Source of the DNA: Spirochaetia bacterium
GTDB taxonomy: Bacteria > Spirochaetota > Spirochaetia > DSM-16054 > Sediminispirochaetaceae
Length of the DNA: 64,000 nucleotides
Direction of reading: 5' to 3'
Assembly (NCBI GenBank): GCA_034520965.1
Contig: JAXHMY010000001.1
Span: forward strand, 64,001-128,000
Shown piece after piece: positions 9,946-18,823 of this stretch. The notes under the pieces were generated by a model, which was given only the letters and a program-made list of their open reading frames with translations, had not been told where the DNA came from and searched no databases. How positions within the stretch are numbered: the stretch's first letter is position 1; every line of letters starts with the position of its first letter. The position numbers and the translations under genes were made by a program.

Positions 9946-11358
9946 TTAACTAACTATCTGCTCTGCCGGTAAAGAGAAGGTGAATTCAGCCCCCTTGGTT
10001 GAACGGTTTTTTACTGAGACTGAACCGTTGTGCGCGTCCGCAACAGCTTTGACAATTGTTAACCCGAGACCATAGCCGGCACTTTTTTCTGTCCGTGGCA
10101 AACGATAACGCGGTGCCCAGATATCATCGATTTCATTTTCACTGATGCCGGGGCCTTGATCTCTGATAATAAGATGAACCATCTCACTCGTGGAGGTTAC
10201 TTCTAATTCAACTGAGGTTCCTTGACCGGTATATTTCACCGCATTATCAAGTAAATTTCCGATAGCCTGTTGTAGTCGGGACGGGTCTGCACGAATAATC
10301 AGCTTATCGGGGCATTTCAGATACAGTTCAACCGATTTTTCTTCGGCTACATACTGATAAACTTCAACCGCTTCCCGGCATATGGCGATCAAATCAAACT
10401 CCCGGGCATCGATTTTTACTATACCCGATTCCGCTTCAGCTGCATCAAGAATCAGACGCAACAGAGAATTTATTGTCTCGCCCTCATTCACAATAGTGCG
10501 CAATGTAGCACGCATCTCCTCCGGGTCATCCTGCTGCTGCAGAGCCACCTCTGCTCTGGTTCTAATTCGCGTCATCGGTGTCCTGAGGTCGTGCGCAACA
10601 TTCTCGAGTGTTCCCTTTAAATTAGTAATAAGGGTATTCAATTTTGAGAACATTTTATTGATAAGTCGAACTAACTCGTCAAATTCTTTCGAGTTCCGTT
10701 TGACGGGAATCTGTTGATCATAATTTCCTGTGTGAATGACTTTTTGAACGGCATTGACTACACTTGAAATTGGTTTAAGCATTGAAGAGGAGAGAATCCA
10801 TACCAACAGCAGTACCAAAATGGTGAAAGGAATCATTACAGTAAGAAAGATGCTTATGCTGGAAGCGATCACGTGTTCGCGCATTTTGTTGCTCGAACCG
10901 ACCTGCAGTATATAATCACCGGAAAGCCTGTGAGTTACAATTTCAATGGCGTAGTCTATATTTGGCTGCCGCAACACTATGAATTGATCAGGGTTCTGTA
11001 CGCTTCGATCATCCAATCCTGCAAAATTGAACCCCAACCAGCTCTTGGGGATAGAGGAAAATATAGTTGAGTTACTCTCACGATCGCTCACACGTATAAA
11101 ATAGGGTCGATCAAAATGCATTGTATTATCTATCTCAACCGCTTTAATAACCGCTTCTAGTCCTCCGTATTCATATTCCAACCGCAGTTCCGCCGCTTTA
11201 TCCGCAATTTCGGAGCGGTTCGATTCCTTGAGCGATTCAAACGTAAATACCAGGGTGAGAATGAGGGGGATAGTTGTTGAAAGCAGGAACATAATTCCGA
11301 AGACAAAGGTAAACTTAGTCCGGATCGAAAGACTGTTTTTTGTCGTCCCTGACAACAT
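9946..11358 (-). CDS. Membrane sensor histidine kinase (HAMP-HisKA-HATPase)
   Basis: Two TMs, VAHDLRTPMT H-box, NLLDNAVKY, DQGPGI, GYGLGL. Confidence 0.95.
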   Translation of the reverse strand: MLSGTTKNSLSIRTKFTFVFGIMFLLSTTIPLILTLVFTFESLKESNRSEIADKAAELRLEYEYGGLEAVIKAVEIDNTMHFDRPYFIRVSDRESNSTIFSSIPKSWLGFNFAGLDDRSVQNPDQFIVLRQPNIDYAIEIVTHRLSGDYILQVGSSNKMREHVIASSISIFLTVMIPFTILVLLLVWILSSSMLKPISSVVNAVQKVIHTGNYDQQIPVKRNSKEFDELVRLINKMFSKLNTLITNLKGTLENVAHDLRTPMTRIRTRAEVALQQQDDPEEMRATLRTIVNEGETINSLLRLILDAAEAESGIVKIDAREFDLIAICREAVEVYQYVAEEKSVELYLKCPDKLIIRADPSRLQQAIGNLLDNAVKYTGQGTSVELEVTSTSEMVHLIIRDQGPGISENEIDDIWAPRYRLPRTEKSAGYGLGLTIVKAVADAHNGSVSVKNRSTKGAEFTFSLPAEQIVS

Positions 11359-12013
11359 ATCCGACTCCCCTGACCGTATGGATTAGTTTTTGTTCGTACG
11401 GATCATCAATCTTCTTCCGCAATCTATGAATCAGCACATCCAATACATTGGTCTGCGGATCAAAATAAAAATCCCAGATGTGTTCAAGAATCATCGCCTT
11501 CGGCATAACCTGCCCCTTATTCTCCACAAGGTACTCCAGTAAGGCGTACTCTCTGGGACGCAGCTCAATACTGTCCTGCCCTCTGTGTACTTGGCGCCGC
11601 TTTCGATTTAATACAAGGTTTCCCACAGTCAGTCTGTCATCCATTCCGATATTCTTAGATCTTCTGAGCAGTGCGTCGATCCGTGCCACTAACTCAGTAA
11701 AGGAAAATGGCTTGGTTAAGTAATCGTCCGCTCCTAGTTGCAGTCCATTTACCCGTTCGTTCACCTCTCGTTTGGCACTCAAAATGATAATCGGGAGCTT
11801 ATTCCCGTTGGTCCGTATCTGTTCGATGAGCTGCTCACCGGACATCTCGGGCAGCATAAGATCGATAATTGCAAGATCATAAGAGGAAATGCGCAGTGCA
11901 GACAAAGCTTCCTCCGCATTGCCCATGGAATCGACTGCATACCCGACCTGTTTCAAACCTTTACTCAGGTAGTCGCTTATGCCTTTATCATCTTCTACAA
12001 TCAATATCCGCAT
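11315..12013 (-). CDS. OmpR-family response regulator (CusR/CopR-like)
   Basis: MRILIVEDD, DLMLP, GADDYLTKPF, DPQTNVLDVLIHRLRKKID, HTVRGVGY. Confidence 0.95.
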   Translation of the reverse strand: MRILIVEDDKGISDYLSKGLKQVGYAVDSMGNAEEALSALRISSYDLAIIDLMLPEMSGEQLIEQIRTNGNKLPIIILSAKREVNERVNGLQLGADDYLTKPFSFTELVARIDALLRRSKNIGMDDRLTVGNLVLNRKRRQVHRGQDSIELRPREYALLEYLVENKGQVMPKAMILEHIWDFYFDPQTNVLDVLIHRLRKKIDDPYEQKLIHTVRGVGYVVRDDKKQSFDPD

Positions 12014-12056
12014 ATATCTATAATACCTGTAAGAATGAGCTTTGTCCAATAAACAG

Positions 12057-12116
12057 AAAAAAGGCTCCGAGCACTTTAGTCATTGAACCATTTCCAATAT
12101 CGATTTGCTCGGAGCC
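12057..12116 (-). terminator. Possible terminator between hypothetical gene and response regulator
   Basis: GGCTCCGAGCA (12063-73) / TGCTCGGAGCC (12106-16) stem with a long loop and an adjacent A-run (U-tract on minus strand). Confidence 0.45.
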
Positions 12117-12126
12117 AAAATACTGA

Positions 12127-12723
12127 CTATAGGCTTTTATTATAACCTTTTCCGTAATAGGTGGCTGAAGAGTCGTCGGCCTCTATCTTTACTGATGAGA
12201 TAAGCTCAGTATAGTTTTCATTCCATTCAGTCAAGTTATCTGGAATCTCGTTTTTATTCAGACCGATAAACAGGTAAGTAGGCTCTTCCGGAGTAATCTC
12301 TTCTACACTCACAATCGAATTAGTCGGATTTTCTCCCGCTTCTATTGTTACTTCATTATCCCATCCGCTGGCGGTAACCAGAATTTTGTCAGCCGGAACC
12401 GTATTATTCATGGTAATATCAACATCGGTAGCAGTTCCGGAACTCGTATTTTTTATGATAAATGTAGCCCATACAAATTTATCAGTATTCAGTTTTTCAG
12501 TATCCGCGTTGTCTATTGAGTCAAACGCATCTGCCAGCCGTTCCGGGCCGCCAAGTACAAATGACATCTGATAATCGGGTGTATTTATGTGCTGCTCATT
12601 TTCCTGAGCCAAACCCTTCGCTTTATTTGCTGTGCTGATTGCCCATATAAACAGTAAAAACACAACCAGCCCCAGTACAAACCGTTTAGCCTTTACCTTC
12701 CAATCTTTTTCTTGCTCACTCAT
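12127..12723 (-). CDS. Hypothetical membrane-anchored protein
   Basis: 198 aa ORF with strong RBS (AGGAGG), N-terminal TM and beta-rich soluble part. Confidence 0.7.
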   Translation of the reverse strand: MSEQEKDWKVKAKRFVLGLVVFLLFIWAISTANKAKGLAQENEQHINTPDYQMSFVLGGPERLADAFDSIDNADTEKLNTDKFVWATFIIKNTSSGTATDVDITMNNTVPADKILVTASGWDNEVTIEAGENPTNSIVSVEEITPEEPTYLFIGLNKNEIPDNLTEWNENYTELISSVKIEADDSSATYYGKGYNKSL

Positions 12724-12767
12724 ATTTTCCTCCTAAGCATTGTTACTGTCATTATACGAACCTGGAA

Positions 12768-12804
12768 TTACAGAACAATTACATTCAACTTACATCTGTG
12801 TCAT
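12768..12804. promoter_or_regulatory. Phased TTACA operator (copy 3)
   Basis: TTACA 12768, 12779 and 12790, then TCTG-TGTCAT; TATAAT on minus strand at 12751-56. Confidence 0.7.
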
Positions 12805-14118
12805 TTTTTCTTGATGAGTAAAAAACATAATAAAAGTTGAGGAGGCCGGAGCTGCCGCAACCTTGTTACGTGTAATGAGCTCATCGGGAATATAAGTCAG
12901 TTGCAAGCCATGATTCTCTCTACGATACAAAAAGCTCACTTCATGCGTACGGTCGGCGTAAGGAAACATCATAGAGAAGGCGCCGGTATAATCTTTTTTT
13001 AGCTGCCCAGACAAAAAGATATTGAAGTTTACCTGTCCATTCTTCTTACTTCCCGCAGGCACCACGCTGGAAGGAACTCTGGCCCGGCCTGTCCATTTAA
13101 TTACGAAATTCTCATCAAACATGAGTTTTCCGTAATAAGAGCTCCGGTACTCTTTTCCGTAAGATAAAAATTGCGCATATCTTTTCTCTCTTCTTTCTTT
13201 TTCCTGCTCGATAGTCTCCTCAACACTCCGGTCCAGCTTTACATACTTCTCCCGAAAAAGGGTTCCCCGATATTCATATTCCACTCTCAATTCATCTTCA
13301 TCTAATACTGCAACAACCAAATCGCCACTCGAAAAGCTTAGTTTATTCGGTGGTAAAGTGTTCGATTCTTCGGTTGAAAAAATTAATGAAGATTTGCTGG
13401 TAGTAATTTTTATTTGTTGTTTTTCTTCATTTGGAAACAGACCGATTTGAGGATCGAACCGTTCTAAGTCGATACTATGCTGCCGGATCATTTCTTGCAT
13501 ATACTCGGGGCGCCACGGCCCAGAAAATAAGTTCTCTTTTAGTTGGGTGTACAGAGACGACGAAGCAACCGAAGATAATTCCTCCTGTTCAGATCTCAAC
13601 CGCAAGTATTTTCCATAACTGTAGCCCTCGTAGCCGTCGGAAGTGACAACTCGGTACCATATTCCCTTAAAAGGCTCGGAGGTATCATCGATCTTTATTT
13701 TATTGACTACTTTCACCTCGCTGCCCTTGCGGAGTCGGTAGACAGAATCACCTTTTATTCCGGCCTTATCCCGTACACGCAATCCATTCACCATAACGAG
13801 AGCAAAAGAATCCAGGTAAGGAGTATATGTTTTGATAAACTCCCGCGCTTTTTTCCTTGATTTGAACTTAGCAATTATTCCCTTTTTCACTGTATACTGC
13901 ACATCATCCTGCAGAGTCGATATATTGTAAGTGTGGTCAAAGCTGTTCTGCTGGTGGATTTCAACTAAGGTACCGGGCTTCAAAGATAGTGAGGTTCCGC
14001 CCCACAGCACAACCCCGTAGCCGATTCGTGATAGGGCTCCACAGGAGCTAAACAGAAACAATATTAGTACGATCGTGAGAGTAGCTCGGGCGCCGCCTTT
14101 ATTAATCATTCTCCACAA
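12790..14118 (-). CDS. SH3-domain lipoprotein
   Basis: Lipobox FSSC; GLRVRDKAG...WYRVVTSDGYEGYSYGKYL bacterial SH3 motif. Confidence 0.8.
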   Translation of the reverse strand: MWRMINKGGARATLTIVLILFLFSSCGALSRIGYGVVLWGGTSLSLKPGTLVEIHQQNSFDHTYNISTLQDDVQYTVKKGIIAKFKSRKKAREFIKTYTPYLDSFALVMVNGLRVRDKAGIKGDSVYRLRKGSEVKVVNKIKIDDTSEPFKGIWYRVVTSDGYEGYSYGKYLRLRSEQEELSSVASSSLYTQLKENLFSGPWRPEYMQEMIRQHSIDLERFDPQIGLFPNEEKQQIKITTSKSSLIFSTEESNTLPPNKLSFSSGDLVVAVLDEDELRVEYEYRGTLFREKYVKLDRSVEETIEQEKERREKRYAQFLSYGKEYRSSYYGKLMFDENFVIKWTGRARVPSSVVPAGSKKNGQVNFNIFLSGQLKKDYTGAFSMMFPYADRTHEVSFLYRRENHGLQLTYIPDELITRNKVAAAPASSTFIMFFTHQEKMTQM

Positions 14119-14135
14119 AATACCACTCCTGAATT

Positions 14136-14294
14136 TTAATTATAGAGTTCCGGATTATCCGTTCCGAGCTCCACCCCGCCGAAACAGATTCGCAAGCTGA
14201 TTTCCTGCAACTCGTGGTCCAAAGTTGCATCCACATATTCGGCATATGAATTGTTGGTTTCCGTTTGCACTAGATTCTTAGCCTGCAGCCACAT
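14136..14294 (-). CDS. Small 52-aa acidic protein (below ORF-track cutoff)
   Basis: MWLQAKNLVQTETNNSYAEYVDATLDHELQEISLRICFGGVELGTDNPELYN*; RBS AGGAGGGTG upstream; stop lies at the RBS region of the next gene. Confidence 0.6.
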   Translation of the reverse strand: MWLQAKNLVQTETNNSYAEYVDATLDHELQEISLRICFGGVELGTDNPELYN

Positions 14295-14344
14295 AATAAC
14301 CACCCTCCTGCTACAACGTCATGAATCATAGTACCAGCTAAATA

Positions 14345-14381
14345 CTGCAGCTCTCTTACCGTAACATTACATTCGTGTAAT
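14345..14381. promoter_or_regulatory. Phased TTACA operator (copy 4)
   Basis: CTGCA 14345, TTACC 14356, ATTACA-TTCG-TGTAAT 14366-14381; TATGAT on minus strand at 14325-30. Confidence 0.7.
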
Positions 14382-14454
14382 TTTTAGTCACAAAAAAAAG
14401 CTTGATACGAATCCTCGACTCATATCAAGCATCTGTTTTATTAACCGGTCAGGC

Positions 14455-15402
14455 TTAAGCTCGTATTTCCATTCGTTGGAAGCGAACATAAGCAAGGGTA
14501 AAAATGAGTATAAGCCCGGCCGCCATACCGGTAAAATGCGGCCAAATAAGCAGGAGACTCTGGGCGAACGGCAGAGGGGTTCCCATTACCGCACCCTGCA
14601 GTTGGGTAAATACCACCGGTCCGAGTGTACGAGTAGATGGGTTCAGAATAGCTAAGGTAGCTTCACCATACAGAGTATTGGGCGATAACCGGGCTAATCC
14701 CTGTTGGATATGAGCCAGTGTGAGCGGGTGCACACTCCCCTTCATTCCCTGCACTATCAAACCGCTTATCATCGGCCAAAATACGGTGAACAACAGCCAT
14801 AAAGCAATTGCAACCAGCGCCGAGGTTGCCGGCTGGCGAAAAAGAACCGAAAAAAGCATCGCCAGAATAAACCATATTCCGCCGTACAGCACGGTGGTAA
14901 GATAAAACACAATTGCACGCGCAACTTGCTCGCCCGAAGGGGGTACTCCCAGAAACAGAATTGCACTTCCAATTACCAGCAGCCATAAGGCCAGCAATAC
15001 GATTGCCAGAGCAGCCACCGCCCCCAAAACCTTGCCGAACAGTAGAGCATCTCGATAAATCGGCTGCGATAAGATGCGCCCCAGCGTGCGGTTCTGAAAC
15101 TCTCGGTTGACAACATCGAACCCTAGGGCTATTCCTACCAAAGGTACGAAAAAACCGAGAAATGAGGAAAACGAAGGGACAGGATCTTTAGCTACCGTAA
15201 ATAAACTCAGAAGTAAAAAAGGGTCTTCACCAACGGCGCTGCGGAGGGTTTGAGCCGCGTTGTATACACTCGCCATGGCGGTTAGGAGTATCAGCCCGAT
15301 CAGAATTAACATTTTTACACTGCCGGTATAATCCTGCAACTCTTTGACGAACACGACCTTAAGACCGGTCAGAGCCGATCCTTCACGCTGATGTATCTGC
15401 AT
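14455..15402 (-). CDS. ABC-2 type transporter permease
   Basis: LGFDVVNREFQNRTLGRILSQPIYR motif; multiple TMs. Confidence 0.9.
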   Translation of the reverse strand: MQIHQREGSALTGLKVVFVKELQDYTGSVKMLILIGLILLTAMASVYNAAQTLRSAVGEDPFLLLSLFTVAKDPVPSFSSFLGFFVPLVGIALGFDVVNREFQNRTLGRILSQPIYRDALLFGKVLGAVAALAIVLLALWLLVIGSAILFLGVPPSGEQVARAIVFYLTTVLYGGIWFILAMLFSVLFRQPATSALVAIALWLLFTVFWPMISGLIVQGMKGSVHPLTLAHIQQGLARLSPNTLYGEATLAILNPSTRTLGPVVFTQLQGAVMGTPLPFAQSLLLIWPHFTGMAAGLILIFTLAYVRFQRMEIRA

Positions 15403-16339
15403 TGGCCGCCTCCTTAAAATAAGTCTTGTATATGCTGTCAAGGCTGTGCTGCTGCATCGATAATTCGAACAATTGCCCGCCCGATGCAGTAATCGCCGCC
15501 GCAAGCGGAGCCCTTACATCGGATTCACACTCTATCCGGTAGGTCCAGTCCTCCGCCTGCTCAACTGACTGTACCCCTTCGATTCCACTCAGTATGTCCC
15601 TAAGACCTGAGCCTGCGGCAATTACACTGACTGTATATTGACCTCCGATTATCTGCCGGGATAATTCGTCCACCGAGCCGCTGATCAGCATCTTACCGTT
15701 TGAAAACAGTCCTACCCGATCACATACCGCTTGAACCTGGTTCAGAAGGTGTGAGGACAACAGAATTGTCAAATTCTCATCCCGATTCAGTGTAGAAATC
15801 AATTCAAGGAATTCGGCAGCCGACTCGGGATCGAGCCCCTGTGTCGGTTCGTCCAGAATGGCAATTTCCGGCTGTTTGACCAACACTTCTGCCAAACCCA
15901 GCCTGCGGCGCATGCCATGCGAATAGGTGCGGACCTTTTCGTGCATGCTCTTCGTCAACCGCATCTTTTCTAGGCTCTCTTGCATGCGACGGGTCCGTTC
16001 TTCGGCAGAGAAGTCCATGAAACGGGCAGTATAATCTATATTCTCATAACCCGATAATTCGTCGTAGAAACCGACTGTATCGGGCATATAGCCCACTTTT
16101 CGTTTAATCTCTAACGGAGAGCGCAGCGGATCCAGGCCGAGGATAGAGGCTCTGCCTCCGCTCGGCTCGGTAAGACCGAGCAACATAAGGATCGTGGTGG
16201 TCTTTCCGGAACCGTTCGGGCCCAGTACGCCGAACACTTCGCCTCGTTTGATGTTCAATGACAAGGAGTCCACCGCCAGCTTGCCGTTCGGATACTGCTT
16301 ACTCAGTTCAGTTATCTCAATAACATTTTCCGCATCCAT
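15383..16339 (-). CDS. ABC transporter ATP-binding protein
   Basis: GPNGSGKTT, YSHGM, ILDEPT. Confidence 0.95.
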   Translation of the reverse strand: MDAENVIEITELSKQYPNGKLAVDSLSLNIKRGEVFGVLGPNGSGKTTTILMLLGLTEPSGGRASILGLDPLRSPLEIKRKVGYMPDTVGFYDELSGYENIDYTARFMDFSAEERTRRMQESLEKMRLTKSMHEKVRTYSHGMRRRLGLAEVLVKQPEIAILDEPTQGLDPESAAEFLELISTLNRDENLTILLSSHLLNQVQAVCDRVGLFSNGKMLISGSVDELSRQIIGGQYTVSVIAAGSGLRDILSGIEGVQSVEQAEDWTYRIECESDVRAPLAAAITASGGQLFELSMQQHSLDSIYKTYFKEAANADTSA

Positions 16340-16358
16340 ATCAACCTCCACTGGAGAT

Positions 16359-17504
16359 CTACCGGCGCCCGAAGCGTCGGACTGCAAATACCAGCACCAC
16401 AGCTGCCGCGGCTATAATCAGTATTGCGACAATGCCCCATAAACTCGATGTCCGCACGGTAATTCTGAATTTCTCCGAAGTATTTCCCATATCGGAACGG
16501 GCGCCAAAGGTTACATTGTAATCACCGGTGATAGCTTCGGAGGAAGGAGTAACAGTGGCTTTCACTTCTTCCGTCTTACCAGCCGGCAGCGAATCAATTT
16601 TCTGAGGTGAAAACTCTACATTCCAATTCCGCGGACTGCTCGAATTCATTGAAATGTTTTTGGCCTCAGCCGTACCGGAATTTTCCAGAGTGAGCGTAAA
16701 GGTCTTCTCCCGTCCGGCTACTGCGGAACCGCTCAACCTTCCTCCGGGGCCGGCCAGCGCAAGTTCCGGCTGTCCTTCGATGTCCATGGTGAGAACCGTG
16801 CTGGCACTAGTACCGGAGGACTTAGCCGCTACTTCTACTTTGTAGGTGCCTTGCGAGACCCCCTGCGGAGGGTCCACGTTTACTTTGACTTCCTTACTGG
16901 CACCGGCATCTACGGGAAGAGTGGAAATCTCTTTGTTTCCATATCCCTGCTTAAAGGTAACCTGAAAACCTTGAGGAGCCTGGGCATCCAGATTCACCAG
17001 TACTTCCGAGGCGCTGTTGTTCTGAAGAGAGACATTGTAAGTAAAATCCGAGTCGGGAGTACCGCGCACCGACGGCAGCTCAGGATCCAGCGAAAGCTTC
17101 TGCGGTAGATTCTCACCGGTTTTCACCGTAAGCGGCAGGGAGAAGGTATCCTCACTGCCCTGGGCTCGTACCACAATAGAGTATGCACCGGCTGATAGAT
17201 CCTCAGGCGGATCAACCCACAGCTGCACATTCGCGGCTTGATCAGTTTCGGCAAACACAGCTTCAACCACGCCGCCCCCGCCGACGAACACATGCTCCCA
17301 TCCATTCGGCACACTGGTTACCGATAGATTCACTCGCTGCGGTGAAAGTCCGTAATTGCGCACCTTAAGATCAAAGGTAATCATGCCGGTTTCAGAGGTA
17401 TAAATAGAGGGGAAATCAGTCGATACCGACAAGCCGGTATAAGCCATTAGCGGCATTGCTCCAAACACCAAAATGCACAGAATCGCAACTACCTGTTTTT
17501 TCAT
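16359..17504 (-). CDS. NEW3 / NPCBM-associated Ig-like repeat protein with C-terminal TM (ABC accessory)
   Basis: Signal peptide, three Ig-like repeats, LENSGTAEAKNI...GDYNVTF, C-terminal TM then RRFGRR. Confidence 0.8.
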   Translation of the reverse strand: MKKQVVAILCILVFGAMPLMAYTGLSVSTDFPSIYTSETGMITFDLKVRNYGLSPQRVNLSVTSVPNGWEHVFVGGGGVVEAVFAETDQAANVQLWVDPPEDLSAGAYSIVVRAQGSEDTFSLPLTVKTGENLPQKLSLDPELPSVRGTPDSDFTYNVSLQNNSASEVLVNLDAQAPQGFQVTFKQGYGNKEISTLPVDAGASKEVKVNVDPPQGVSQGTYKVEVAAKSSGTSASTVLTMDIEGQPELALAGPGGRLSGSAVAGREKTFTLTLENSGTAEAKNISMNSSSPRNWNVEFSPQKIDSLPAGKTEEVKATVTPSSEAITGDYNVTFGARSDMGNTSEKFRITVRTSSLWGIVAILIIAAAAVVLVFAVRRFGRR

Positions 17505-17565
17505 TTTTTTCTCCTTTCCATGTACGTCTTAACTCTTTTATTTCCATATTTTGACAGGAGAAAAC

Positions 17566-17602
17566 TTACCAAAAGATTTCACGAATATTACAATTTTGTA
17601 AG
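17566..17602. promoter_or_regulatory. Phased TTACA operator (copy 5)
   Basis: TTACC 17566, TTTCA 17577, ATTACA-ATTT-TGTAAG 17587-17602. Confidence 0.7.
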
Positions 17603-17667
17603 GTTGTTTGGCCTGCCTGTAGCTATTCCTCTATGTGTAGAAAAAAATGTAGTGGGTCGCTTCAGAC

Positions 17668-18093
17668 TCAATATTTGCCGAAAGGAGCGGTAAAACCGAG
17701 GGCATACGCACAGCGGTTCATACCGGTATCGAAACTGAAGAGGAGCACGGTCTGTCCCGAACTTGTATCCGCATACACGAGGGCGGATGCGAGATGCAGC
17801 GCATCGAGTGTTTTTACGTGTACGGGAAAAGCCCCCATAGCACGCCGCTTTACCGCGGAGGAGAGAGCAAGCAGAGAAATTCCGGACAAAACTGCATTCA
17901 ATCTCGTATTCGCCTGGATAAAGCCCTCGTCGTCAATTTCTCCGTCGATGCGGTACCGATGGATTACCCGCCTCGATTCGATTTCGAGTAATTCACTCGA
18001 TATAATGCGCTCGCACGCCAGAACGTGCTTGATAGAAGAGTCGCCGAGTAATATATGGCGGAGGAGTACGGAGGTATCCACATAAGCTACCAT
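17668..18093 (-). CDS. vapC: VapC/PIN toxin
   Basis: AYVDTSVLL, KTLDALHLASA, SFD. Confidence 0.9.
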   Translation of the reverse strand: MVAYVDTSVLLRHILLGDSSIKHVLACERIISSELLEIESRRVIHRYRIDGEIDDEGFIQANTRLNAVLSGISLLALSSAVKRRAMGAFPVHVKTLDALHLASALVYADTSSGQTVLLFSFDTGMNRCAYALGFTAPFGKY

Positions 18094-18329
18094 CGGTCCG
18101 ACCGCTCCTCCTCCATTTTATCAAGGAGATCGACAGTAGTGAGGGGTTCCAGTTCCTTGTACGAATAGGACTTCTGCACCTCTCGTACAAAGAGCGGTTC
18201 TTCCTCGTAGGGACCGAGTATCGCAACAGGGTGTCTATGATCGAGGACGATAATGCGGGAGCCCTTCTTTACCTCTTTTAGTTCTGCGCTCAAATGAGCT
18301 TTTAGTTTGGAAACAGAAATAGTCTTCAT
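18087..18329 (-). CDS. Phd/YefM antitoxin
   Basis: SVSKLKAHLSAELKEVKKGSRIIV...HPVAIL; overlaps vapC start. Confidence 0.9.
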   Translation of the reverse strand: MKTISVSKLKAHLSAELKEVKKGSRIIVLDHRHPVAILGPYEEEPLFVREVQKSYSYKELEPLTTVDLLDKMEEERSDRW

Positions 18330-18477
18330 ATGACTAGTATATGACTATAAAAAGTGATAAGTCAATATTCAATTAAGATTTTATTCGATTAGTGGTAAGC
18401 TACTTTTTCGTTATAGACGATTACAAAGAGTCGAATATTCGGGTTTTGGAACCAAAAGAGTTGTCATATAAGGAAGG

Positions 18478-18741
18478 TCAACACTTTATCGGACAATTTT
18501 TAAGCGACATTCGATAGCTGGTTCCTCTCCCATTTCTTAGGTACTCAAGAGGTCTCACATAACCCAATCGTTTCTGTGCGCGTTGCCGATTATAAAACAT
18601 CTCGAGATATTCATAGACCGCCTGTCGTGCTTCTTCACGAGTTGCATAATACCGCCAGTGGATAATTTCCTTCTTAGAAGGTGATAACCTTACGATCTTC
18701 CTTGAGATAATTGCTGAGCGGCTCGCCCATGAGTTTAACAT
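18478..18741 (-). mobile_element. IS3-family transposase 3' remnant
   Basis: KKEIIH...TREEARQAVYEYLEMFYNRQR..LGY integrase C-terminus; ends in TGTCCGATAAAGTGTTGAC, resembling an IS3 right end. Confidence 0.75.
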
Positions 18742-18823
18742 CGATGCCCAGATCTTTCAGTTTCTCCACCACCCCAGTTGCAATTTGACACTATAAAGGG
18801 CGGCAACTATCCTTCACAGCACT

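Noticed and set aside
14130..14300. Riboswitch or ncRNA in the gap before the SH3 gene
   Set aside because: No recognisable aptamer motifs; a short ORF with strong RBS explains the gap
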